Assembly (NCBI RefSeq): GCF_023343835.1
Contig: NC_064433.1
Location: forward strand, 177,499,076 to 177,563,075
Length of the DNA: 64,000 bases
From: Lagopus muta
Lineage: Eukaryota
Reading direction: 5' to 3'
The translations under genes were made by a program, and so were the position numbers. Every line of letters begins with the position of its first letter. Position 1 is the stretch's first letter. The notes under the pieces are model-generated. The model did no database searches. It was given only the letters and a program-made list of their open reading frames with translations, and was not told where the DNA came from. Shown piece after piece: positions 12,202-24,478 of this stretch.

Positions 12202-13088
12202 CTGCAACAAAGAAAGAAAAATGTTTTCCTGCAATAATCTACCTGCCAATCAAAACCATTATTAAGGACAGAAAGACAGCTCAGTAGTGCAGAAGATTTA
12301 AGGTGAAGAGGCTGGGATCAGGGTCACTGCTCTGCAATAAACTGATGGTGTCACACCAAATTCATCCACCTGGAGGGCTAGGCTCTCAAAGGACTTCAGC
12401 ACGGCTGAATCAAGAAGCAGGGCCAGTTCCACACAGAGCCCTCAACCTGCTGAGCACACTGGTTTCATTACTGCACCTGAGGGGAGGCTGAGGCACCTAA
12501 TGCAGATCTCCAAAGCTGGTGCATGTGGACTTCTGTGATGCTTCACTCTGAAGTACCCGAATCAGAATACCTGACAGAGCACTTCAGATTTATAATATTA
12601 CCTCTCCATTCACCACAGTCCTTTTATGTCAGAAAGAGTGGAAACTGATCAAGAAGTCTCTCCCCAAGATCTTAACTAGTTCGAGAAGCAGGGCAGCTGT
12701 TCAAATCCCCATTTTTCTTGTGTTACCTTAAGCAAGGAATTATAGTTACTGCATGAGCTCAAGAGCATGTCAGTATGACTGAGCAGTATTTATATGTAGA
12801 GAAAATACTTAAAGAGAGAAAATTCGAATAAGTTTAGGCAACCCTAAAAGTCTTGAGTGTTTGCAATATCCAGCTGACACCAGAGCATGGGATGGTGCTT
12901 GAAAAGCTCTTCCTGGACTGGCTCAGCATCAGTCAGAACAGGCATCTAGTGATAAGCTATCACTTATGTATCTGTATGTTAAGAGTACTGGTATAAATAA
13001 ACGCTTATAGTAAGTACATACACATGTACACACACACACACAGGCACACCCATGTTATACATGCATTTGTTTTTTCTTATATATTTAC

Positions 13089-13224
13089 TTGCTTGTTGGG
13101 ACAACTGAAAAATTGCCATAGTCAACAAACTGAACCAGGATCTTAACGGTGTCAGTTTCTTCAACAGACTGGAGCTTCGCTCTATACCATAAACTATCTT
13201 CATATTCTACGAGGCAAGGCATTT
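13089..13224 (-). CDS. RNF17: RNF17 Tudor-5 core exon (E)[44 protein letters not shown](K)
   Basis: Acceptor ctttctgtgttgtttttacag|AA, donor AGCAA|gtaaat; canonical Tudor core. Confidence 0.85.
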
Positions 13225-13950
13225 CTGTAAAAACAACACAGAAAGTTCAGGTTTTCTTCCATTTCTAACTCATTTCTAACTGCTATTACTTTTTCTACAT
13301 GTCTTCCAACTCCCTCTGAACTCGAATTCACTATCACTGGTATGCAATTATAGTCTGGTTTCTTTACCAGAAGAAAGAGTGCTCAGTACTGGAACTTTAC
13401 AACTTCGATTCATGTTCTTTAACACAGAAGACAGAGTCTAAAACGTACAAGGCAGATACTGCATCAAGCCCCAAGAAGAATTTTACTAGTTGGAGAAATC
13501 CAGTGCCAGCACTGACTGGTTTCTTCACAAAGTCTGTCTTTTGCCTAAACTGAGAAATTCAGATAAAGTGAAGTGACACTCTCTATGGCCAACATCACTT
13601 CAACTCTTGGCTATGTAATCTTTAGGTATCTTATTTCTTTCGAGTATTTGACAGAAAGACTCCCACGATTACAGCTTCAGGGAAGAGCTTTATTACTGTC
13701 ACATGCAATCTAAACTCCGTTCTCATCAGCTTCAGCAGAAATTTGAGTTCTTTCCATCATTTTCTAGTGGAAAAATATGACAAAGAAGTCTCCATTTAGT
13801 GTATCACATAATCATCATACAGTTATGCACTCTGATAGACTTTTATTTAAAGCTACACTGAAATAGAATTATTTCTATTACTGAAAAGTAATTTCAGGTT
13901 TTTGAACATCCACATGGAACAAGAAGGGAAAAATGAACACACTGATGTAC

Positions 13951-14055
13951 CTGTTCTGAAGTCTGTGAGAAGGGGAAGACTATCCACATATTTATTGCAC
14001 CATTTCAGGGCTTCATCAAGGGTCTTCAACTCTGAGAAACAGCTGACATCTCCCT
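13951..14055 (-). CDS. RNF17: RNF17 Tudor-5 exon (E)GDVSCFSELKTLDEALKWCNKYVDSLPLLTDFRT(E)
   Basis: Acceptor tctgccacag|AG, donor ACAG|gtacat; conserved '…SLDEAL…ALPPLTDFRTE'. Confidence 0.75.
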
Positions 14056-15561
14056 CTGTGGCAGACTGCTTGGTAAGGTTCTCAGAAGAATTAAGGCAGA
14101 TATATACCTATTCAAGAAGAAGCCTTCTTATGAACTTTGCAGGCTTCTTTTAACCTTCAAATTTCAGTGACCGAGGATTACTGGAAGTGTATTTATTCCC
14201 ATCTTGGAAAGGTTTCTGCACACAACTCTCTTCTCTTTCTTCTTTCAAATAATTTTGTATTCATGTAATTTTTCCCCCCAAATTAGAAGCAAGTAACCGT
14301 TGATCAAAACCACATTTCAATACAAAAAAGAGTGAAAGGAACACATGTACTAGAAAACATATCTATATAAGCTTTCCTAGCTGTACCTCACTAGGATTCC
14401 TCCCTCCTGCTACTTGATAAACAATCTCACTTCGTAATGGCAAACCAAAGATTGATTTTAAAACTACTGGAAGAAGAACTTTTGAAACAGTGTTGTGTTT
14501 GCTATCATCAGCATAATGCTGTGGGTCCAGAGAAGAAAAAACAACTGAAGAAATCCACCTGAGCCATCTCTGAACATCGTATTCTACAGATCGTCCTAAT
14601 AATTAATGAGTAAGTTACCAGTATTTCTAAGCCAGGAAGAAAATCAATTTTCGGTGCTTAAATAAATGAGTCCAGAGCAGAGTGTAGTGTTTATGATTAT
14701 ATGCTGTGATCAGAAGCAAGAGTTCAAATAACGTGCACAAAATGAACAAAAAAATACTCATTATAATGTTGCTCCCATAAGAGAGGAAGCAGACCAGACA
14801 ACCAAACTTCCAGATACTTCCATCCTGCATTTAGTCCTAACAATGGACTATGTAGAATACATATTCCTGGTGAAGATGCTTTATGTTTATGTAAATTGGA
14901 TGTGGTGAATTTACAACAAAACATAATGCTGAATTTAAAACAATCACTTTAAGAATGCCAAACTTGTTCTTTTGGTTTACCAAAATGATGCATACAAGTG
15001 CTTGTACACAGATCAACACGCTCAAAAAACATTAGATTTTGTAGAACAATCAGCTTCTCACTGCTTCCCAGTTTTGTATTTCACCCAACATTTGAAGCCC
15101 ACACAGGCATCTTTTATTTAATCAATCAATATTCAGCCTTTTGCCCTGGGAGACTAGAGAGGGCAGCTATGTATGGATCACATGAAAACCAATGACCAAT
15201 CATAAAACAAAGAAAAGGCTCACAGTGTACAAAATCCCAGCAATTTCATTTTTGGAGAATAAAGAGAAAAATCCTTCGTGTTCTGTAAAACTGAAACCCA
15301 ATGACCTAGTTTCTTACTACTCAGGGCTAATACATACCACACTACAGTCCTAAAATTCCTAAAATTCCATTTTTTTTTCTCCCCCCCAGGTCAACAGGCA
15401 ATATTTATTTCTCTGTCTGCCCCACCCCCTAAGAGCATTCCTAGTAAGAGATCATTCAGATAGCTGAACTACTTGACCACCTGGATCAGTAAAATAAGTG
15501 GCATTCGGCAACACTGCTTTTGGTATTTTCTGAAATTCAAAGCTTTTGATATCTTCTTCAC

Positions 15562-15733
15562 CAGCAGATGAGACAGCAGTGTTTCCTGTGTGCAATGCAT
15601 GTGAGATGTTCACAAATCGTACCTCCTTAGGGGTCACAAAATGGGTTATCCTGACAGGAAAGATATCTCCTTGAACAGGTAGCGGTGGCAACTTGTATGA
15701 AGGCAAAACAGGAGTGTGTCCTTCAACCAGCAC
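15562..15733 (-). CDS. RNF17: RNF17 Tudor-5 N-terminal exon VLVEGHTPVLPSYKLPPLPVQGDIFPVRITHFVTPKEVRFVNISHALHTGNTAVSSA(E); frame stays open a further 36 codons to TGA at 15452-15454
   Basis: Acceptor tttgtcttggtgtag|GTG; donor GCTG|gtgaag at 15560/61 chosen by phase fit to next exon; alternative read-through ending …DPGGQVVQLSE*. Confidence 0.7.
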
Positions 15734-15939
15734 CTACACCAAGACAAACTTCAGTCAAGCATTGTATTTCGCAACAAAAATGCAAACTGGCATCTGTATG
15801 ATTTCTCATTCAAATACTGTTGTAGTAACATCATTATAACAATGTAAACAGTGTGCTGCTGATAAACATACACAAAGATCAAGAACACTGTGACAGGCAA
15901 CCTGATTACACCTAGCTCTGAAGATTCAGCTTACATTTC

Positions 15940-16025
15940 AGCTTGTTCCCTGCTGGAGCAGAGGTTTGGCCAGATGGACCCAGAGGTCCCTGCCAACCTC
16001 AGCCATTCTGTGGTGTCTGAAGACC
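15940..16025 (+). mobile_element. Short CR1 3'-end fragment
   Basis: …ggacccagaggtccctgccaacctcagccattctgtggtgtctg. Confidence 0.55.
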
Positions 16026-16289
16026 TGGATTCACTTTTTTGTTTTTAAAGGTCTTTTCTTACTGTCAGTAGACTGAATTTAACTACCACATCAGCTGCAG
16101 TTTGGAGCTCATCTCCTGACCTAAAATGGACAGACTTTCCCCAGTTTTGCCTCCTAAACCACCAACAAAAAACCAACCCCCAAACCAACAACTAAAAACA
16201 ACCTGTCAATCCCAGGAGCAGCTTAAGATGGAACAAAATGAGCAAACCTTTGCTCAGATTAAGAGCTTAAATATGCAGATTTTAAGAGC

Positions 16290-16570
16290 CTCACAGCAAA
16301 GGGGCAATAGGACCCAAGGAAATGGCCACAAGTTGTACCAGAGGAGGTTTAGGTTAGACATAAGAACTTTTTCTCTCAGAGAGTGGTCAGGCACTGGAAT
16401 GGCTGCCCAGGGAGGTGGTGGAGTCGCCGTCCCTGGCAGTGTTCAAGAGGCATCTGGACGACGTGCTGTGTGATGTGGTTTAGTGCTAGTGGTGGCAATG
16501 GTGATGAGGAGATGGTTGGACTAGATGATCTTGTAGGTCGTTTCCAACCTTGTGATTCTATGGTTCTAAT
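16290..16570 (+). mobile_element. CR1 LINE 3' portion
   Basis: ORF …[16 protein letters not shown]… / [25 protein letters not shown]…; terminates gattctatggttctaa. Confidence 0.85.
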
Positions 16571-19500
16571 ATGCATTGGAACATACAAATACAAAAGAAA
16601 TACATCAATAAATACAGAAATGGTCAGTTTAAGGAATTTTGAGCTGACTTTGGTTCAAAAGAGTTTATATATAGTTAAATACTATTAAGGAAAAAGATAG
16701 CATTTCTAGAAGCCTGGTCTGAGCTCAGAACAAACACATTAAAAACCTGTCTGTTGAATGAAGCAAGATCACCGCTCCCCATGTCTGAATACACGAGCAC
16801 ACGGCAGCACCTAGCAGCATGGCTCCACAGTGACATCCAAACAAAATCTGCAGCCCCCCAACAGGATATACATACATATACATGTAGGTGTATATATATA
16901 CACACACATTACACACACATGCATGTAATCATATACCACTCATGAACCACTTATGTACGTAAGACCTACAGTAAGAATCACTGCTCTAAGCTTCCCCAGG
17001 ACACCTGGGGTGCACTCCCCTGCTCCTTACAAGGAAGGACAAGTTTGTAGTCTTAGCAGCTCGTAAAATCAACTTCTGCAGCTCTAGAGAGAACTATCTT
17101 AAAGACAAGAACACACTGTACCAGGACACGGGTGTAGTGGACTCTACATAACCAGCTTATTACCATTACTAACAGAACTAGAACAAAGAAATACAGCACA
17201 GTGCCTGTCAGTATGCTTACAAAAAAACAGAGATTAGAAGCAATGAAATGAGATTACAAAACCCTATAGAACAGTAAAATCTATAATGGATATGCTTTAT
17301 ATACTAATAATATCCTTTAGTCAGTCTATCACCAGGCTTGTGATGATGGCTTCTCAGTCTCCACAGATAAACCCAGAGCTGCAAGTTTCATCTACCTGTT
17401 ATTCCAAACAGCTTCTGGAAGCAGCCTGAGCTGCAGATACCTTCCTCCTCTTGCTCAGGAGATGGTACATTTTCCTATAAATTGTTCAGAACAACTTATT
17501 CCGGAAAAGGATCTGCTTGAAGAAAGTACTCCAGGCTTTCTGAATTCTGCTCTTTGCTCACAGCTTTCTTCTGAAATTTTGTTTTGCATGTTTCATTTTC
17601 ATGGTACAATCTCAAGGTTCCTATTTAGCTCAACGACAGCTGTGTGTCATGTGCTGACATCATGAAAACACTGAGACTACTTTTCACTATGTTTTCTGTG
17701 GTTTTTCAGTCCTAATACACGCAGACATTCTCTGAACTGCATCATACATTCTAAGACTTGTATAGTGCTGTCAGTCTCTGCTAATGCATCATATTGCAGA
17801 ATTATTTTCTGAAGTAGAGACTCACTTTGGAAAGAAAAATAGTTATCCTTCAACTACTCTTTACATTCTACTTCCTCAAGCACTTCATAAAATTCATTGT
17901 AGATATTAATAAACTTCTTGGAAAATAAATACATGGACGTAGTTATCACTTGAATTAAGACCTTAAAGACTTGAAATGGACAATCTAATTAATTCTAAAG
18001 ATTGTTAGGTTTATGTGGAGAGCCCTCACTTGTCACTTGATTTACCTTGCTGGTGACATACCCAACTTTTGCTCCCAGAAAGAAATGAGAGCATTCAATT
18101 TCCTATCAGTTTTCCCCTCCTCCTCCAGAGCCAGTATGATTGTCTTGGGACACAGTGAGATGGAAGGAAGTGAATAGCAGGAATTATATGGAGTTAGGAG
18201 TGGGGGAAGAGAAAATAACTTTCCACATCACTCTCCTCCCACCTGAAGAGAGTCCCCATCTAGGTGAAGTCAGTTATACAGGTGAACTTTACGACATGTA
18301 TCTCACCCGGAGCAGCCAACTCAAATATGTTACATGAGACAACGAACAACCTTGCCATGAATTTGTGTTTAGATGCTTTTCTAGGATTAATTAATCCCTT
18401 CTAAGTGACAGGAGTTTCATACTATTCCTATCCTTTTAAAATTAAGTTTTAGAGGAAAATGAAATGCAGACTAAAAATCCATTTTCAGCACCAGGTTCAA
18501 GAACAAACTTTTGGCCACTCACTGTTCCATGCAATTTTAGCAGTGTATCACACCTACACATTTGTTATGCTCAGGAGTTGCTATAGTTGGTCTTGCTGCA
18601 AAACTATATGGAAGTGTAAGAAAATAAAAACATCAACATTCACAGTAAGTAACCAGGTATTCCTTCCAACAGCTGCAAGAGACAAAAAACCTCACCTGCT
18701 TTGCTATTTCCTGACAGTCATCAACAACACAGTACTTCTTGTCTGCCATGAAGGAAGAAACTGACATTTCACTGAAATACAGGCAGATGGACAATTTTCC
18801 CCAGGGACTATCAGGGAGCTCCTAATTACAAGAGGCAGAGTAAGATTACAACAGTAATAACAGCAGTCAGGTTTTAGAAATAGTGGCTAGGAAATTCTAA
18901 TCTAACGACACCATGCACATACATTCAAAGGTACAAACACAATGAGGATGGTTAACAGCAACTCATTAACATTGTTAACAACAACAAAGTGGAGCATGAC
19001 AGTCTCCCTGTGGAATGGAGCAGTGACTATTCAGTGTAACAATGAAACATTATCTCATATTTCTCATTCAATAATAATTACCTTTCACAACTAGAAGCTA
19101 TGTGAAATTTCAGGTTTTTTGGACAAAATAGCTATTCGTTTATTTGCAATGCTAATATACTAATGCAGACATGCCCATGCTTAGCTGTGTCAAAATTTCA
19201 TCACTTAAAAGCTGTATTTAGAAGAATTTACCACATCAGAATGACAATGGAAGACAAACATCAACAAAAAAATCATTTACATCACAAGGATACATTTTAA
19301 GTCCTGAAAACCACTAGAAAGCAATTTTAGTTTTGGATTCTCCTTCCTTCTCACACATAACAAAGACTGAGGATGAAAAAAATGTTTGATTTAAGAAACA
19401 CACTTCTTGCTACCTTCTTTCAGCTAGTGTTCATAATGCAGGTTTAGAAGTACAAAGAAGATAAGCCTCGTTCCACACCAATGATGAAATTATGCTACCT

Positions 19501-19770
19501 GAACACGTATTTCAACCTCCTCATTTCTAAGTAGCTTTTGAAGGAGATCCACTGCATCCTGCTGCCAAGAACTTCCAATCTATGTGATAAGAAAGAAGAA
19601 ACTTTTGAACTTTCACGTGCTGACAAACAGCATGCTCATATTATTCTTAAAATACTACCACAAAAAGACGTGCCTGTCATTGAGCAGCTTCTCTGAAAAC
19701 ACACACTCTGTTAGCCTGGTTTGTCTAGAACAATGTAACATTTTCTGCTATTTGGTGCACTAAAGCTTAC

Positions 19771-19866
19771 AGGGTGACAATGCTGTGCTGATGCAGCAAT
19801 TTTCAAATCTTGAAGTGGCTCAGAAAGAGATGATACCATGTGAGTTACCATGTACATGTGTAAGTT
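19771..19866 (-). CDS. RNF17: Candidate RNF17 Tudor-4 exon NLHMYMVTHMVSSLSEPLQDLKIAASAQHCHP
   Basis: Acceptor attatgtttcacag|AAC, strong donor CCT|gtaagc; phase 0/0; weak Tudor-like pattern. Confidence 0.45.
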
Positions 19867-21492
19867 CTGTGAAACATAATCCAAAGACATAGAAGTACAC
19901 TTGAATATAGCAGAGAGCAGAAGGCAGAATACTTCAAATATTAAGCAGTATCTATTTGCTTCCTGACCCACACACCTATAAGCTTACCTTTACTAATCTA
20001 TCAACTGAACTGCTGAAGTCTTGTAGCAATTTAAGTTTTCTTAGAAGTCAGCTACGTATTTCAGTAGTCTACACTTAAATGCACCTCTTAAAAAATGGGT
20101 AACACATGCAAGCATCTTCACATGTTTATCATGTGAACTATTTCCTGAGTCTAACAAAAAAGCCTTAAAACTATTTCTATTAGCTTTATTTCTATTAGCT
20201 TAGCAAAACAAATTGTTTCCCACACAGCTGTGCTCAAATTGTCAGAATCATTTTCCAGACAACTGGAAATCTACAAGTTTCTGATCTGCAGTATGAAAGC
20301 CAGGACTTGCTTCTTCTTGCTGCTACTCTAGAACAAACTGTCACTTTGGAGCAGCAAACCACCAGCCACTGCAGTGTCCTGTCTCACAATGACTTCGTTC
20401 CAATGATGGCTGTTTTTGAAGCATGGTCACTTCTGAAAGCAATCGAGCACGTTCTGATTGAGAACTGCCCTGATGAAATGATCTTTTCAGCTGCTTTGAA
20501 TTCTCAGAGGCAAGCAAAATTACAAGCAAACTACTCAACTTTTCTATGACAAAACAGTACTATTAGTTTGAATAACTGCCTACTAAGAAGCCTCAAAATT
20601 TAGCATTACTTACTGGGGTTGTCTTGTAGAGTTGACATGGTATGCAAAATGGAGGAATAGAGGTATACAATGTAGTTGGGTGCAGGTGGCACTGAGGGAC
20701 CCTCTCTATGCAACCACTGTCTACATACTGTACCTGTATGAAAAAGTTTTTCCAAAATCATTCCTGTTTATAAGGACAAGTTTAATAAAAGGAAGAGTTC
20801 ATTTACAGCATCCACTCTTCTGGAAGAAATAACAACCATTTGCTGATTTGCGTGTAATGTGACAAAGTAGAAATGAGGGAAAAGATTAAAGAACCACCAC
20901 AGTAGATCAGAATCTACTCTTACACAAAATTTGCCTCTTGTGTGATAATCTGCAACAGTTTAATTAAAAATACATTATGAACTAGGGAAGTGTCGACTTG
21001 CTATAATAAAAAAGCACATGCAGACTGAAGAGACTACTTAATAGTAGCAGTTAAGTAGAAAAAGGAGCTCTACACCACAGCAATAGAAAGATTTCAAACA
21101 GACAACCACTACTGGCTGTTCAGATGGAAACTAAAGAAGCATTTTCAATGCATTCTGCTTACGTTTATAACAAAAATGTTAAGAACACAAACACAGGAAA
21201 TCAAATGAGATTACTTGCAGCTAATCAAGGGACTGAAGACAGCTTTTACTTAAGAGCATTTATCATTAATTGGAAAACTACAGGAAAAAGTTGAAAACTG
21301 AAATAAGCAGACAGAATTCATCTTCAAGATAAATACAAAATCAGAACACTGATCAGCTTTAAACAGAATGAGCATCTGGATAGTGAAGTCAGCTGAACAG
21401 AAAGAGTTAGAAATTTGAAGCACTGAAATATATTACTTGAGAGCACATAAAAGAAACACGTCTTTACACACACAGGAGACATACAAACTTAC

Positions 21493-21656
21493 CTGCAGAG
21501 TACCACCACCGTGCTCTACAACTTTACCTCGATACCAAAGGCTATCTGACCCTCTTACAACACAAGCTTCTTCCTTTTTCCAAGAATAGGGTTCCAAAAG
21601 ACCAAGGCACTTAAAGTTACTTTGTATTTCAACCATCAATTTCTTTAGTTCACTTT
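21493..21656 (-). CDS. RNF17: RNF17 Tudor-4 core exon (E)[54 protein letters not shown]
   Basis: Acceptor ttttattttccag|AA, donor CAG|gtaagt; canonical '[15 protein letters not shown]'. Confidence 0.9.
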
Positions 21657-22227
21657 CTGGAAAATAAAAGAAAAAAGCAGCACAGTATGAAAGCCAGATT
21701 AAACTGCACCTTTCAATGGGTTCCAGCAGAAAATAAAATACAGAATCTAACATACCAAAATTATTAAAAAAACCAAAACCCTGTGTACTGGGCTCAAATT
21801 GAAGAAAAAAAAGTCCAGCAATATAAGAGCACCACACATTAAAAAAAAAATTAAAATAAAACGCGCGCTGCTTTAGCCAACACGGCGTAGAGAAGACAGG
21901 CAGCCTGCCTGTTCCCATGGCGGGGCTCCCGACCTACGGGGCGATGAAGGACAGGACAGCTGATCTGGGTCTGTTTAAGGGCGCCGCGCCACCTGGTGGG
22001 GATTTGGGCTTTTTAGTCTGAAAGCAGCAAAGCTGCCATGGTCGGCACAGCCCTCACTCTCACGACTAAAATCTTACCGTATCTAAAGCACAGCATTCCC
22101 TAAGAGGAAACTTTCTGAACTACGTTTCCATACAGAACACATACAGTAGAACACATCTGGCATTTTCTGATACACAAACACGATCGGATTCATAGACATA
22201 CATGGGTTTCCTTCCACGTAAACTTAC

Positions 22228-22517
22228 CAGATGATTTTGGTATTATATAAAGAGTTCCATCACTTCCAACGCAACTTACTACAGCCTGAAAGTTTCTTTC
22301 TTCAGGTATAACGGGGGGTTTGTATGTTTTATTCATTTCCAAAGGCAGTCTGGACTTCTGTTCATTCTTTGAAACATTAATGTCTTCCTGTTCATCAGAG
22401 CTGCTTCTTGTACATGCAGGTTCTGAGTTACAAGTGCTTGGCTGTGAGTTCACTTGCTCTAAATGTACTTTAGGATGTTTCACAGGGACTGTATAAGCCA
22501 CAGCAGCTTTATCAGTT
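22228..22517 (-). CDS. RNF17: RNF17 exon (R)TDKAAVAYTVPVKHPKVHLEQVNSQPSTCNSEPACTRSSSDEQEDINVSKNEQKSRLPLEMNKTYKPPVIPEERNFQAVVSCVGSDGTLYIIPKSS(E)
   Basis: Donor TCTG|gtaagt; acceptor (less certain) …gtgctag|A; Tudor-4 start 'YKPP.IP…F.A.VSCVG.DGT'. Confidence 0.75.
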
Positions 22518-22809
22518 CTAGCACAACCAAATCATATCAATATATTAACTGATGAACAATGGAAAGCAAAAAAGAAAAACACACCCACAAAGTCAGCAAA
22601 TCCTTGTTCACATACCACCAAATCTCACATCTACCAGCTTAAACAGAAATGTGGAACATATAAAATTCTTAAGTTATGTAAGTTACTTAAGATGGTGTTT
22701 TGTTGCTACATGCAATGCAGAAGATAATAAGTAAAACAGAAAGTTGAATTATTTCACCGCAATGTAGATTTACAAGTCTGAAAGGATATAGAAAAGAAAG
22801 TATCCAAAC

Positions 22810-22925
22810 CTTGTGTTTCTAAAAGCCAAACCCTTTTCAATAAGGTGTTCTGAAAAATCAATCAGTTGTCCTGCCTCATCCTTCCAAAGGATTTTCACAG
22901 GCAATGTGCTCCCCTCAATGGTTTC
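22810..22925 (-). CDS. RNF17: RNF17 exon ETIEGSTLPVKILWKDEAGQLIDFSEHLIEKGLAFRNT(R)
   Basis: Acceptor cttcttgcag|GAA, donor (weak) ACAAG|gtttgg. Confidence 0.6.
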
Positions 22926-23418
22926 CTGCAAGAAGTTATGAGAGCTGTAAAACATGATTACATGCATTTCTGCTCAACTTCTGGCACTTCTTTCACTTCA
23001 TCAGGGCAGACTGCCAATAAGACTCTGAACGTCTGTGCCCCAGTCAGAACATGCAAAGTTTACTTAACCCATATCGCTGTCCTCATCATTTTACACACTG
23101 TTCCAAACACGGCATTGAAAGAAGTAAAAAAGCTTTAAAGCTCAGCTGTTTGCTGGATTTGCTGGAGCCCAGAGATCATGAAGATGTAAATACTATTCTT
23201 TAGTAACTAAGTATACCTAAAATGTTTTTTTTTCCCCTTTATTGTGGGTACATGAATGCTCCAGTGAAAAACAAAAGTAAAACAAACGGAAAATAAAAAG
23301 CCTTAGAGCAAGCAACAACCTAAGCATGTTCCTCTCACAACTCCTAGATGAGTGCAAATACTCAAAAAAGAAGTGAGAAGCTAAATGACTACTTGCAGTG
23401 CAGATCTGGATTACAAAC

Positions 23419-23509
23419 CTGTATCACTACTTTTGCTTCTGCCCCAGTTAGGCAGTAGGAGATACATTCACACACTGTTGCTGTCCACTGCATGCTTCCA
23501 CCTGTTGGT
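23419..23509 (-). CDS. RNF17: RNF17 Tudor-3 C-terminal exon (R)PTGGSMQWTATVCECISYCLTGAEAKVVIQ
   Basis: Acceptor ctgtttccttag|A, donor CAG|gtttgt; conserved 'RPAGGSDKWTATACDC' region. Confidence 0.7.
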
Positions 23510-24125
23510 CTAAGGAAACAGTAATCTCCTTTACTGAAAGAGAAGGCAGTGCACCCAAACTTTATCCACAAAATCCACCCTCTGCTGGCATTTTGATGTT
23601 CTTTTTAGACTGCCTGTACTGCCAGGGGAAAAACAAACCAACAAATCTCAAACTCTATTACAGTCAACCTTTAAAAAAAAAAAAGTTACTTTGCCTCTCA
23701 ATCCATAAGACAGGATTCAAATCTAGACATCCCATACGTTAAACTGAGAACCATGCACTCTGAAAGTGTGACACCTGTCTTAAAGAATCAAGGAAAATGC
23801 ATACTTCACCTGCAAACAGCCTTTTATACCCATTCATGGAATATGTATTACAAATACTTCTTTACAGTGTATTAAAAAAAAAAAGAAAAAAGAATGGAGG
23901 GGGGAATACACCCCAGTCCTCTTCCTTGTCTGTAGTCTATAGAAGAAAGACCTCCCATATACTTTCAATGAGATCTAACTCATCTCAAATTCCATGTCAA
24001 GAAAAACAAGTCTTCAGAGAAAGAAGGAAACCTGTAGCATCTCCCCAGCATTTTATAATTCACCCTATAAAACATTCTTTCTTTGTGTATCATATTTTGT
24101 GTCACTGTTATCTACCATAACCCTT

Positions 24126-24168
24126 AAAAAAAAAAAAAAAAACAACAACAACAAAACAACAACAAACC
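24126..24168. repeat. A-rich / (AACAA)n simple repeat
   Basis: Direct reading. Confidence 0.85.
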
Positions 24169-24359
24169 CTTTACAACAAAAAAAATGACAGGAGGCTCCC
24201 ACCTTGTCTCTTCTTTATCCAACCCCTCTCCTCTCTCTCCCCAACCAAAACCATCATATTCAAATCACAGATCATCAGTACTAATACAGGAAAAAATTAA
24301 GTTATATCATTATCAGGTTTCTGATGTTGTTACTTCAGCATAAAGGTAAGGAAGGCTAC

Positions 24360-24478
24360 CTTATATCTGCTAAGGCACACTCTATTGCTAATGTTTCAGT
24401 TCTCTTCATGTCTTCCTGAAGTTCTCTCAGACAACTGATATCCACTGTTTTTTCTGCTCCAGAATCATAGAGTAGTAC
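24360..24478 (-). CDS. RNF17: RNF17 Tudor-3 exon VLLYDSGAEKTVDISCLRELQEDMKRTETLAIECALADI(R)
   Basis: Acceptor tttcttgttggtaacag|GTA, donor ATAAG|gtagcc; 'V.LYD.G.E..V….L' Tudor motif. Confidence 0.8.

Noticed and set aside
16860-16945. Antisense/sense ORFs rich in Y/H/T/C (MCNVCVYIYTYMYMYVY…, …CRCIYIHTHYTHMHVIIYHS)
   Set aside because: They are translations of a (CA/TA)-type degenerate microsatellite (catacatatacatgtaggtgtatatatatacacacaca…). They are not coding.
21433-21918. 161-aa minus ORF, the longest in the track
   Set aside because: Only its C-terminal ~54 codons (21493-21656) are a real RNF17 exon, bounded by an AG acceptor and a GTAAGT donor. The N-terminal part is F/L-rich intronic read-through.
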